Positions 22,310-31,695 of a stretch of 64,000 nucleotides of DNA are shown one piece after another. The stretch spans positions 160,001-224,000 of the forward strand of contig CAXXFK010000028.1 of the NCBI GenBank assembly GCA_963663965.2, written 5' to 3'. Numbering within the stretch: the stretch's first letter is position 1; every line of letters starts with the position of its first letter. The position numbers were made by a program, and so were the translations under genes. Under the pieces are notes generated by a model, which saw only the letters and a program-made list of their open reading frames with translations, had not been told where the DNA came from and ran no database searches. Source of the DNA: Sedimentisphaerales bacterium (GTDB lineage Bacteria > Planctomycetota > Phycisphaerae > Sedimentisphaerales > SM23-30).

Positions 22310-24245
22310 GTAGCGCCAGGTAACTGGCAAGGAGTAGCGGATGCAAGAGCCGTACAATGAAGGTTTAGCAAACCACATTGGCCCCGAGTCATGTGGGCAT
22401 ACCGGTAACGGTATGCTTGAAGCGTTGACAGGGGAAGATGCGGGCTGGGTATTGAGCCGCGTAAGTTTGTACATTATAGAACGGAGTGCCGACGCTGTCG
22501 AAAATGTCGGAAGGCAACACCGGATGTCTTATTATCGCGAGAGACATTCCGGACTCCGCGCGGTCGAAGACCCCAGGCACGCATGGACACTTCTTGCACA
22601 GGAACTGGGAGATCCCTTGTTTGGCCTCAGGACACATTATCCTGTGGTCCGCACAGAAAATCCAATTGGAGTACTGCTGTGATGAACGAACAGGGGAAGT
22701 CGGACAGGCCCATAGTACCTAAGAAGTTCTCGAACAAAGAGGCTGGTTGCCATGCCTTGGCGGAGAGGATAGAGGGAAGGGGCCTGACCAAGGGCAATTC
22801 GTCTCTACTGCACAAGTGCCGGACACCGGGCCGGGAAAGCTTGCCAAACGCATTAGAACGAATACGACAGGCAGCCACCCGGGATAAACAGCTAAAGTTT
22901 ACTTCCCTGTGGCATCATGTCTATCATGTCGACCACCTGAGAGAAGAATTCTATCGCATTAAGCGGCAGGCTTCCCCGGGTGTGGACGACCAGACATGGC
23001 AAGAGTATGAGGCCGGGTTAGAGAACAATCTCAATAGCCTGGCAGAACGACTGAGAAAGGGGGCATATCGGGCAAAACCGGTAAGGCGGGTATTCATCCC
23101 CAAACCGGATGGACGCCAGCGTCCCATTGGTATTACTACCATTGAGGATAAAATCGTCCAGCGTAGCACGACTACGGTATTGAACGCTATTTATGAGGCT
23201 GACTTCAAAGGCTTCTCCTATGGCTTTCGTCCCGGTCGCAGTGCTCACAACGCCTTAGATGCTCTCTATGTCGGCATACTCAAGCGTAAGATAAACTGGG
23301 TACTCGACGCTGACATCAGCGGCTTCTTTGATGCCATCGATCACGATTGGCTGATTAGATTCGTCGAGCACCGAATCGGAGACCCGCGAGTAGTACGGCA
23401 TATCAAGAAATGGTTGAATGCTGGAGTCGTGGAAGAAGACAAACTTCTGCAGATCAAGGAAGGCACCCCGCAAGGTGGGAGCATATCGCCATTGCTGGCG
23501 AATATCTACCTTCATTATGTATTTGATCTGTGGGCTGACCAATGGCGAAAGCGTAACGCCAAAGGGCATATGATTATCGTTCGATATGCTGACGATATCG
23601 TTGTCGGATTCCAATATCAATCGGATGCCAATAGATTTCATACGGACCTGCAGAATCGATTTGGCAAGTTCAAGTTGAAGCTTCATCCGGCCAAAACCCG
23701 GCTCATTCAGTTCGGCCGCTATGCGACAGAACGAAGGACTACTCAAGGTAAAGGCAAGCCTGAGACATTCGACTTTCTTGGCTTTACGCACATCTGTTCC
23801 AAGTCAAGTAAAGGTCGGTTTATGTTGCTCCGGTTGCCGATGAGAAAGCGGGTGCAGGCCAAGCTAAAGGAAATCAAGGAACAGCTCAAATACCGGCGCT
23901 ATACCTCGATTCCGGAGATGGGCCAGTGGCTTCACTCTGTTATCAGCGGCTGGTACCGATACTACGCCGTTCCTAATACATCTCGCTATCTTGGCACCTT
24001 TCGCCGTAGGGTCGCCTGGCTTTGGTTCAGAGCGTTAAGAAGACGCAGTCAACGAAGCCGCATGACCTGGAGGCGAATGTACCAACTGATAGCAAGATGG
24101 CTTCCGCAGCCTAAAATTCTGCATCCGTACCCCCAGGCACGCTTACAAGCTGCTCGTTATGACCCGAGGTAGGAGCCGTATGCGGTAGTTCCGCTCGTAC
24201 GGATCTGTGCGGGGGGCTGGGAGTAATCCCAGTCCCTACCGCGAC
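22310..24245 (+). mobile_element. Group II intron
   Basis: Domain V GAGCCGTATGCGGTAGTTCCGCTCGTACGGATC and domain VI ending ...CCCTACCGCGAC; boundaries fixed by rejoining the IS TIR. Confidence 0.9.
22682..24172 (+). CDS. ltrA: Group II intron reverse transcriptase/maturase, no endonuclease domain
   Basis: IPKPDGRQRPIG, SYGFRPGRSAH, GTPQGGSISPLLANIYL, RYADD, FDFLGF; start codon uncertain. Confidence 0.95.
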   Translation: MNEQGKSDRPIVPKKFSNKEAGCHALAERIEGRGLTKGNSSLLHKCRTPGRESLPNALERIRQAATRDKQLKFTSLWHHVYHVDHLREEFYRIKRQASPGVDDQTWQEYEAGLENNLNSLAERLRKGAYRAKPVRRVFIPKPDGRQRPIGITTIEDKIVQRSTTTVLNAIYEADFKGFSYGFRPGRSAHNALDALYVGILKRKINWVLDADISGFFDAIDHDWLIRFVEHRIGDPRVVRHIKKWLNAGVVEEDKLLQIKEGTPQGGSISPLLANIYLHYVFDLWADQWRKRNAKGHMIIVRYADDIVVGFQYQSDANRFHTDLQNRFGKFKLKLHPAKTRLIQFGRYATERRTTQGKGKPETFDFLGFTHICSKSSKGRFMLLRLPMRKRVQAKLKEIKEQLKYRRYTSIPEMGQWLHSVISGWYRYYAVPNTSRYLGTFRRRVAWLWFRALRRRSQRSRMTWRRMYQLIARWLPQPKILHPYPQARLQAARYDPR

Positions 24246-24349
24246 CACATTTTTTATTAGTCTTTCATCTGGTAGAGTCTTTCAATGGAGGAGGGAGGGA
24301 CAACTCCCTGCCCTGCCTCCCCGAGGGGAGGCAAAAATTTATCGGACGA

Positions 24350-25606
24350 TCATGCCATGACCACCTCCTCTTTTTCAGCTTTTTTCTCCTTCTCCAACTC
24401 ATACAAATGATCCATATTCAAATAACGCCTCGTACCCCATTGGGTGCCGGCAATATGTCTCAGGCGGGCCGTGGCCAGCATCAGGGCCGAGTGACCATCC
24501 GGGAAATTGCCCACCACGCGCGTACGACGACGAATCTCACGCATGATCCGCTCCAGTGGATTATTGGTTCGCAACTGCCGCCAGTGCTTGTCGGGATATT
24601 GATAGTAAGTGAGTGTTTCGAGATAGCTTTCCTGGACCAATTCAGCGGCCTTGCCCAGTTTCATCTCCCGCAATTTGACAATCACTTGCTCGGCCTTCTG
24701 GATCGCCGCCTGGCGGTCTTCCTGGGCATGGATGGCCTTGAGCATGGCCGCGACCTCTCGCACCTTCTTGCGCGGCACATGACTGAACACGTTGCGATAC
24801 CAGTGGACCGTGCAGCGCTGCCAGTCGGCCTCCGGAAAAACCTCGGCCAGCGCGTCCACCAGACCCAGGCATTTGTCGGAAACAAACAGGCGAACACCCT
24901 GCAGGCCGCGGCGCTTTAAATCGCGTAAGAAACCGCCCCAACCGGCTTTATCCTCTTTGGCGCCCTCGCAGGAACCCAGCACTTCGCGATAGCCCTCCTG
25001 ATCGACGGCAATGGCCACCAGAATCGAAACATTCTTGACTTCGCCGCCCCAGCAACGTTTCAAAACGATGCCGTCCAGATAGACATAGGGATACGACCCT
25101 TCCAGTTTGCGGTTGCGCCATTGGTCGATCTGTTGATAGACTTTCTGATTCAGATTGCTGATGGTGCCCGCACTGACACGGGCGCCCCACAGGCTTTCGG
25201 CGATGTCTTCGATACGCCGGACCGAAACGCCGGCCAGATACATCTCGATCAGGGCCTCTTCTACCGAAGACTCCCGGCGTTTATAGCGCTCGATGATGGC
25301 GGTTTCAAAGGTCGTTTTTCGCAGCTTGGGCATCTTCAAATTCACTTCGCCGGTCGTCGTATGAAACTTACGCGGATAATAGCCCGCCCGGGTATCGGTG
25401 CGGGCCTGGGTATGTTCATAACGCTGGGCGTTGCAGAGCTGGTCCGCCTCGGCGTCCAGCAGGGCATTGAGCGTGTCTTCCACACTCTGGCGCACCATCT
25501 GGCCCAACTGATCCTTCATCTGGGATTGGTCGATTTTTAAAATTTGGTTCAAGTTCCTAACGTCACTGGTCGATTCTTCTGTTTGACTCATAGTCAGTCC
25601 TTTCAT
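24350..25606 (-). CDS. IS256-family (Mutator) transposase
   Basis: EMYLAGVSVR, YLDG, FVSD, QRCTVH, RTNNPLERIMREIRRRT. Confidence 0.95.
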   Translation of the reverse strand: MKGLTMSQTEESTSDVRNLNQILKIDQSQMKDQLGQMVRQSVEDTLNALLDAEADQLCNAQRYEHTQARTDTRAGYYPRKFHTTTGEVNLKMPKLRKTTFETAIIERYKRRESSVEEALIEMYLAGVSVRRIEDIAESLWGARVSAGTISNLNQKVYQQIDQWRNRKLEGSYPYVYLDGIVLKRCWGGEVKNVSILVAIAVDQEGYREVLGSCEGAKEDKAGWGGFLRDLKRRGLQGVRLFVSDKCLGLVDALAEVFPEADWQRCTVHWYRNVFSHVPRKKVREVAAMLKAIHAQEDRQAAIQKAEQVIVKLREMKLGKAAELVQESYLETLTYYQYPDKHWRQLRTNNPLERIMREIRRRTRVVGNFPDGHSALMLATARLRHIAGTQWGTRRYLNMDHLYELEKEKKAEKEEVVMA

Positions 25607-25697
25607 TTGGTGGTAGGTTTCGGTTTCAAAAACTTCATCGACCAGATGAAGGACTGTTTTTACGGTGTCCTATAATATGTGCGAAAAATATTTTACC

Positions 25698-27359
25698 TTA
25701 TCCGAATATCTGCTGCATGTCATGTCCATTCTCGGTGTTTGTCGGATTCCAGGCGTTGAGTGTGCGGGCATTGTCTCTAAGCCGGTAAATATCCTCACTG
25801 TTTAGCCCCTTGGGATCTGCTAACAGGATATCGATTTGAGAAATAAGTGAGGGGATCTGGAGGGTCAGTTTTTGGTATTGCGACCAGGCTTGAAGCTTCT
25901 CCTGCATAAAGGTGATCTGGTTGGGGCTCAGTCCAAAGGGATACTTCACTGTTATAGCTGTGGTCTTTTTAGTATTAAGATCTTCTGCCTTCACATTGAT
26001 AATCATGCTGGCATCGATATCGAATGTTACCTCGATCTGAGGAGTGCCTCTTGGGGCGGGGGGAATGTCATTGAGAGTCAGGGTGCCCAAATACAGGTTA
26101 TCTTTAACAAATTCGCTTTCTCCCTGGTAAACATTCACATCGACCTTGGTTTGATCCATCGTTGCAGTAGTGAAGGTTTCGGAATTAGAAGTTGGTACGG
26201 TTGTATTCTTTTGGATAATACGATTAAAAACCCCGCCTTGAGTTTCCACGCCGTAAGTTGCAGGGACGATATCCAAGATAAGGGAATGCTCTTGTCCCAA
26301 TAGAATTTCAGCCTGAATAATGGCCCCCTCAGCCACACAGGTTATAATGTCAACACCGGTAAAGGGTTTAACCGATAGTTGTTCAGCGATATTCCGACGG
26401 AGCATTGGCATGTTACTGGCACCACCGATAAGTAATAATGCGTTCAGCTCTTCATACTGATGCTTGGTGCTTTTGAGTGCCTTTTTCAGTATAGTCACGG
26501 CGCGATTCATGAGGGATTCAGCATTTTTTTCGAATGCATCCCTTTCGATGACGACATCCAGAGCCTGAATTTCGTTGTTAATGGTCACGAAACCGGGGAG
26601 ATAAATCCTGGACGAAGGGGCGGTGCTCAGTTCAATTTTTGCCCGTTCAGCAGCCTCTCTGATAATTAGTTTTTGAGTGTGATCCAGGTTGGGTAATGAA
26701 CCACAGGTCAACTTGAGCTGATCGTGAATCATATCGACGATAACCTGATCGAAGTCATCGCCTCCTAGGGATGAGTCTCCTTCGATACATATAACGTCGT
26801 AACAATCTTCATCGACACTGACAACCGAGACATCCAGAGTGCCTGCTCCCATGTCACATACAAGTATGTTCCCGCAGATATCTTTATCGTGTCCGTATGC
26901 CAGAGCGGCGGCAGTAGCTTCATTCATCAGCCGATGAACATTTAAGCCGGCAATCTTAGCAGCTTCAATCGTTGCGCGTCGCTGGCTTTCACTGAAGTGG
27001 GAAGGAATAGCAATAACCACATCGTGGGCCTCCTGTCCCAGATACGCCTCCGCACGGAGTTTTAATTCCATAAGGATGTATGCCAGAATTTCTTGCGGAT
27101 AAGCCTTCCAGCCATCCCAGTCGGTCTCACTCATACGGCCAACCGACCGTTTGGCGGAACTAACCGTGATATGCGTTCCACGGTAACGGTCCGGGTGGCG
27201 CACGGCATTGTTGCCGGCAAAAATACCTCCATTTGGATTTACCAGAATCTGTGAGGGGATACTGTATACACCGTTTTTATCGGGTATAATCACAGGTTTG
27301 CCGTTTTCATAGAAGCCTACGACGGACTTTGATGTTCCCAAGTCGATACCTAAAATCAT
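25698..27359 (-). CDS. Hsp70/DnaK-like protein, C-terminus cut by IS256
   Basis: GIDLGT, DMGAGTLDVS, GGDDFD, IGGAS, VYQGE, PAPRGTPQIEVTFDID; stop codon lies inside the IS TIR. Confidence 0.92.
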   Translation of the reverse strand: MILGIDLGTSKSVVGFYENGKPVIIPDKNGVYSIPSQILVNPNGGIFAGNNAVRHPDRYRGTHITVSSAKRSVGRMSETDWDGWKAYPQEILAYILMELKLRAEAYLGQEAHDVVIAIPSHFSESQRRATIEAAKIAGLNVHRLMNEATAAALAYGHDKDICGNILVCDMGAGTLDVSVVSVDEDCYDVICIEGDSSLGGDDFDQVIVDMIHDQLKLTCGSLPNLDHTQKLIIREAAERAKIELSTAPSSRIYLPGFVTINNEIQALDVVIERDAFEKNAESLMNRAVTILKKALKSTKHQYEELNALLLIGGASNMPMLRRNIAEQLSVKPFTGVDIITCVAEGAIIQAEILLGQEHSLILDIVPATYGVETQGGVFNRIIQKNTTVPTSNSETFTTATMDQTKVDVNVYQGESEFVKDNLYLGTLTLNDIPPAPRGTPQIEVTFDIDASMIINVKAEDLNTKKTTAITVKYPFGLSPNQITFMQEKLQAWSQYQKLTLQIPSLISQIDILLADPKGLNSEDIYRLRDNARTLNAWNPTNTENGHDMQQIFG

Positions 27360-27454
27360 GTCGAATCTCCTAACAATGTCATCGTGGCAGGGGGAATTGC
27401 GGTTATCTTATAGGAATAATTCAATTTTGTTAAGTCTTTTTTGTTTTTTGACGT

Positions 27455-27913
27455 CTATGGTCTGCAATGGCCCCATTGTGAGCCAAAATGTGATTCCAGG
27501 CTCTTCCCAAAATTGTCGGGCCATAGATAATCCTTGACCTTGATGCCAATTGACGCCAGCAATTTCTGTACGAAATCCGTACAGTCCATATACGCAATTG
27601 TCCAGTCGGGGCCGTTGAGTCTCCAATCTTCAACAGCTTTCCTGATTTTACGGTATTCTAAACCGGAAATGGGAATTACAATAGAGCGCGTATAAAGATG
27701 CAGATTGTTCTGGAGTAACTCATTACGGATACCGTCTGGATAGAGTCCCCAGGCTTCAAGGCAGCATGACTTTTGGATGCCCGTGCATCGGTTGTTGCCA
27801 ATGGCGATCATGGCGTGGCCGAGTGTTCGGTTTCCAATGTTGGCGGGTCTGGTCATAACCATTAACTGGTAAGGAGCGTTTGCCGATGAAGGATTGGACG
27901 GATTGTTCATCAC
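27455..27913 (-). CDS. Small permuted papain-like (His...Cys) protein, candidate effector
   Basis: GHAMIAI...WGLYP...YMDCTDFV; GGAG RBS. Confidence 0.5.
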   Translation of the reverse strand: MMNNPSNPSSANAPYQLMVMTRPANIGNRTLGHAMIAIGNNRCTGIQKSCCLEAWGLYPDGIRNELLQNNLHLYTRSIVIPISGLEYRKIRKAVEDWRLNGPDWTIAYMDCTDFVQKLLASIGIKVKDYLWPDNFGKSLESHFGSQWGHCRP

Positions 27914-27929
27914 GGAATCTCCTGAATAT

Positions 27930-28994
27930 TTAATTTAATGTATAGTAGGCAAGCAGGACATGCTTTGACTCCTGTTGTCTGCACCTTAAAGTTACATTTT
28001 TATCTGAAAGCAGGTCTTTTTGCACATAACTATCGCCAGGCGATAAAACTGCAATCTGGTCACGACCGTTCTGATGGATTTCCACTGTAATTTTGACATT
28101 ATCGGGAATATCACTGGTCAGTCGCATAAACAAGGCATGCTTCCGGCCATTGTTGAAAGCAATTGGTATTTGTGCCTGTGGGGAAGCACAAATACCCGGC
28201 CAGATCCATTGCCTGCGTTTCCACTGGCCAAGGGTATCAGCTTGGGATGGGATATACAGTGGCAGTCCTTTCCAGACATCCAGGCATCTGATCAAGTGTT
28301 TAACGCAGTGTCCGGGATTGTCTTGTTGCCAAGCGGTTTTGAAATATTCCTGTTCGCAGATTTTGGTTTGTGAGGATCCGGATAGGCTTTCATATACAAA
28401 TCGTAGAAATGTCGACCAGTTCATATTGGGATCTCGCAAACATATCCTGGGAATATCAACCATTTCAGTAAGGTGATTCATGAGCTGGTCAAAAATTTGT
28501 CTGGAACGATGGCAAGCATGAATGGAATACAAGGGTGGCAGAAAATAGGGATCGATAATCAGGCGGCCATTATCGGACAGAATTGACACCAGCGGCATAT
28601 CGTATTCATTGTTATTTGAATCGGCAATGAGTTGTATATCCACAGCAGGCAAATCGATACTAATCCGTTCGGTTGGATTTGTGGCTGGTTTCGCTCTGGC
28701 GCGGATACCGATTATGCCGGAGGTATCCACTTGCAGATGCAGGCTGTCAGTGTTGATCCAATGACCGTTAACCAGCGCGGTCAAACCTGAGACAGTAAGG
28801 CAATGGCCCTCCATCTCGATACGGTCCATGGCTAATACTGTGTTGTGACTATTAAGCAGCCGGGCGAGCAGGTAGCAGGGATTGACCGAACCGGTCTGGC
28901 GCAAAAGAAGCTTGAGACTGTCGGCATCCAGGATGCCTCCTTGTTCGACTTGGCCACTTAAATACAGGCTGTGTTGGTCGTGGTTCAAGTTCAT
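27930..28994 (-). CDS. Divergent TssK-like baseplate protein (tentative)
   Basis: DPYFLPPL resembles the TssK D..YIPP motif; operon context. Confidence 0.4.
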   Translation of the reverse strand: MNLNHDQHSLYLSGQVEQGGILDADSLKLLLRQTGSVNPCYLLARLLNSHNTVLAMDRIEMEGHCLTVSGLTALVNGHWINTDSLHLQVDTSGIIGIRARAKPATNPTERISIDLPAVDIQLIADSNNNEYDMPLVSILSDNGRLIIDPYFLPPLYSIHACHRSRQIFDQLMNHLTEMVDIPRICLRDPNMNWSTFLRFVYESLSGSSQTKICEQEYFKTAWQQDNPGHCVKHLIRCLDVWKGLPLYIPSQADTLGQWKRRQWIWPGICASPQAQIPIAFNNGRKHALFMRLTSDIPDNVKITVEIHQNGRDQIAVLSPGDSYVQKDLLSDKNVTLRCRQQESKHVLLAYYTLN

Positions 28995-30097
28995 CTGGTA
29001 TTCTCCTTAGCGGTTGTGTGGTATATGTTCAGGGACGGCAAGGTATTGACCAGTAACTTTGTTGCTGCCTGACGAAGTTGACGGGTATCGGTATCCTCGG
29101 GCCAGGTCAATTCAATCGCCCATATGAACCGGGTAGCGTACAGGCATGCCAGACGTTGGATAGATAAAGGCGCCTGGCCAAGAATTTCCCTTAACAGGGA
29201 CTTGATGGCTCCGGCATGGCCTCCGGTAACCGGAAGGCCGGCATCGACGACGCGGTGTTTTAAACTCAACCGCCTGGCAATGGATCTGGATCCGTGGGGG
29301 CCAACGACAGTCCAAGAGTGGCTTCTGGTCGGAATCGACCGGTTGGAATCTGTGAAGATATGGACATTGGAAACAATGTCAGGGCAAGGTGCCCTCTCAG
29401 AAGTGATCACAATTTTGTCATCTGGCTGTACATTTCGGGCAAACCTGAGTATGGACAGCCCATTCCAGATTCTTGAGGAATGGATCCGAACCGGAACCGT
29501 TGAAGATGCCACCTGCAGCGGCCGGTTAGCTCGGCGCTGATACAACAGACAGTGACTGGTGGGCCCACCAGGGGATAGTGTAATACCGTTTGGGCTTTTT
29601 TCCTGTTTCCAGTCCGATCCCGTTACTGCGCTCACATTTATCATGACGGCGTCAAGGTTGTCATCGATCACTTGAAGACTTCGCGGGGGATACAGAGGGA
29701 GCGGTCCTGATTGACTGACTTTAAAAAGAGCAAAATAACTTGGATTTTCATATGGAAGTGCTACTTTGACAGGTTCAACGATGGTTTTATCAAAGGTCGC
29801 AGTGCAATCGTCAATACCTGTCCATTCAGGGGCGGCAACTGGCAACCAGTCTGCCAACAGGCTTTGAACGATGTTCTTGTATTTGTCTAAGTTAATGTGG
29901 CTGTTAAGCGGGCTAAAAGTCACCTGGGCTTGCCGTCGAGGTGGTCGAATACACCAAAGGCAATGCCTGCTGCATAGTTTCACCGGCAGACTTCCAGCGT
30001 GTGTCAGATTAAGATCCATAGCACGCAGGGGAAGCTGCCGGGTAGCAAGGAATGCATTGAGCGAGTCAATATAAGTTTGGGTGTCGGTTATTGTCAT
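28991..30097 (-). CDS. Hypothetical protein, possible baseplate wedge (TssF/G-like)
   Basis: Overlaps both neighbours by 4 nt; assignment from position only. Confidence 0.3.
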   Translation of the reverse strand: MTITDTQTYIDSLNAFLATRQLPLRAMDLNLTHAGSLPVKLCSRHCLWCIRPPRRQAQVTFSPLNSHINLDKYKNIVQSLLADWLPVAAPEWTGIDDCTATFDKTIVEPVKVALPYENPSYFALFKVSQSGPLPLYPPRSLQVIDDNLDAVMINVSAVTGSDWKQEKSPNGITLSPGGPTSHCLLYQRRANRPLQVASSTVPVRIHSSRIWNGLSILRFARNVQPDDKIVITSERAPCPDIVSNVHIFTDSNRSIPTRSHSWTVVGPHGSRSIARRLSLKHRVVDAGLPVTGGHAGAIKSLLREILGQAPLSIQRLACLYATRFIWAIELTWPEDTDTRQLRQAATKLLVNTLPSLNIYHTTAKENTR

Positions 30098-31272
30098 GCT
30101 TTGATCCTGACTTTATCTGAGCCGGGATCCAGGTGGATCCCATTGCCCATGATACTGATTTCCTTTTTACATGAACACATGGATGTCTTGTGGAATCGGG
30201 CCTGGATTTGCTCAAAATCCATATGGAAAGCTGCGGTTTTCAGTGCAAGCTGTTCTACCGGTTCTGACAGTTGACCGGGCAAGACGGCTACCGGACCAAT
30301 ATGTACTCCCTGGCAGGGTAACAGTGCTGTTAACCGGTCACCTGCTTCCAGGGGCAAGTCAAGTTTGTAAGCCTTCAAACCGGTCTGAATCAATTTGCCC
30401 AGAATGATCTGGCCTTGTCCATTACCTGAGATGATTTTAAGGAGGCAACCGCTGGGATCGATCACCTCCGCTTGAACCGGATGTACGCCTGAGGCATATA
30501 TAGCCACCGGGGGGGCCGGATTCATGCAGAATCCGGCATATGTTTCAAGTGAATTATTGCTATACTTAAGTTCGAACCGGTCGGCAGTACCTTCAATGTT
30601 TTTAACTTTGACCGTTTGTCCAGGAGTCGGCCAGGTACCGCTATTGATGCGAGACCAACAATAACTGTCATCAACGGATTCCATCCAGACGGGATCGAGA
30701 TAGAGCGGCTCAGTGCGATCCGTATTGCCAATCCGCAAGGTGCCTTTGGTATCTCTCCAAAACGCGGTATTGGTATAACTACAGATTGTGCTGATGATGT
30801 CGCAAGGATAGATTCCGTCAATCCAGACACCGGGCACCTTCTGGCGGTCCAGCACCGAGTCGATATCGGCATCGGATATATAGGTGGCGAGCACTTCGCT
30901 AAGAGGCATATCCTGCGTATCAGAAAAGCCAGCATATTGACGGTCTAGTGTTGTGATCGGATCGGAAAGTTGGAGAGTAACCGGAGCGTTACCTATGATA
31001 GGTTTATTAACACCTGTCACTTCGAGGTCCATGCAGATTGACTGAAATGTCAGTTTCAGTCTTGAGCCTTTCCTTATACTCAGAGCCGTTTCAGTCGGAA
31101 CGAGATGGGCTATACCCCTCGTCCAGATATTCACACCCCAGGTAAGGTTCAGTTGTTTAAGAATACAGATTTCACTTTCCTTTTTCAGGATGGGCGGTTT
31201 GAATGGTTGAAAGGCGTTGTTTTCAGTCATGTCAGTACGGGCCTCCAGATCAGGAACTCCGGTTATCTCCAA
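30094..31272 (-). CDS. VgrG/phage late-control-D-like spike-hub protein (tentative)
   Basis: LSEVL...ICSYTNTAFWRD..GTLRIG hub-like segment; OB-like PLEAGDRL; beta-rich tail; start may be 31230. Confidence 0.5.
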   Translation of the reverse strand: MEITGVPDLEARTDMTENNAFQPFKPPILKKESEICILKQLNLTWGVNIWTRGIAHLVPTETALSIRKGSRLKLTFQSICMDLEVTGVNKPIIGNAPVTLQLSDPITTLDRQYAGFSDTQDMPLSEVLATYISDADIDSVLDRQKVPGVWIDGIYPCDIISTICSYTNTAFWRDTKGTLRIGNTDRTEPLYLDPVWMESVDDSYCWSRINSGTWPTPGQTVKVKNIEGTADRFELKYSNNSLETYAGFCMNPAPPVAIYASGVHPVQAEVIDPSGCLLKIISGNGQGQIILGKLIQTGLKAYKLDLPLEAGDRLTALLPCQGVHIGPVAVLPGQLSEPVEQLALKTAAFHMDFEQIQARFHKTSMCSCKKEISIMGNGIHLDPGSDKVRIKA

Positions 31273-31280
31273 ATCTTAAG

Positions 31281-31679
31281 CTATTTTTTTACAACAGTGT
31301 ATGTTGGGCGTGTCTTTGTTTGACCGCGGACCCAGAAATAGCCGTGCTCGTCCTCAGGTAAATCCCCACTGAACAGGACATCCTGAAATTCAACTTCACG
31401 GATACGGATAAGCTGTTCCTCACCATCAGCCGTCTGGGTCACATGGAATGTTTCAAACTTGACGGTGAGGCCATCATTTCCCACCCAATCTTCCAGGCCT
31501 GAACCGACCGGGGATCCCAGCAGGAAAACACAGGGCATCAACACTCCCTTGGAGTGAAGCACTCCTCCAGCGTCTTCTTCAGTGTCGTCTTCATTCCAGT
31601 TAAACTTGAACACGCAATAATTGACCTCTTCTGAACCAATATGAATGACGGTTTTTTTGAATTGTTTTTTATTAGCCAT
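31281..31679 (-). CDS. Hcp/TssD-like tube protein (tentative)
   Basis: 132 aa, beta-rich; GG...LEDWV...F...EVEFQD pattern like TssD; directly after the sheath-like gene; AGGAG RBS. Confidence 0.5.
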   Translation of the reverse strand: MANKKQFKKTVIHIGSEEVNYCVFKFNWNEDDTEEDAGGVLHSKGVLMPCVFLLGSPVGSGLEDWVGNDGLTVKFETFHVTQTADGEEQLIRIREVEFQDVLFSGDLPEDEHGYFWVRGQTKTRPTYTVVKK

Positions 31680-31695
31680 TGTTCATGGTCTCCTG

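Larger units (their letters stand above)
22289..25702 (-). mobile_element. IS256-family element with one TIR split by a group II intron
   Basis: Rejoined TIR GGTAGCGTCAAGAATCTTTCG|CACAT versus reverse complement of 25677-25702 GATAAGGTAAAATATTTTTCGCACAT (19/26); no target duplication. Confidence 0.82.

Noticed and set aside
22310..24245. RT as a retron, DGR or CRISPR-associated RT
   Set aside because: Clear group II domain V/VI and maturase domain; no template/variable repeat pair or cas genes.
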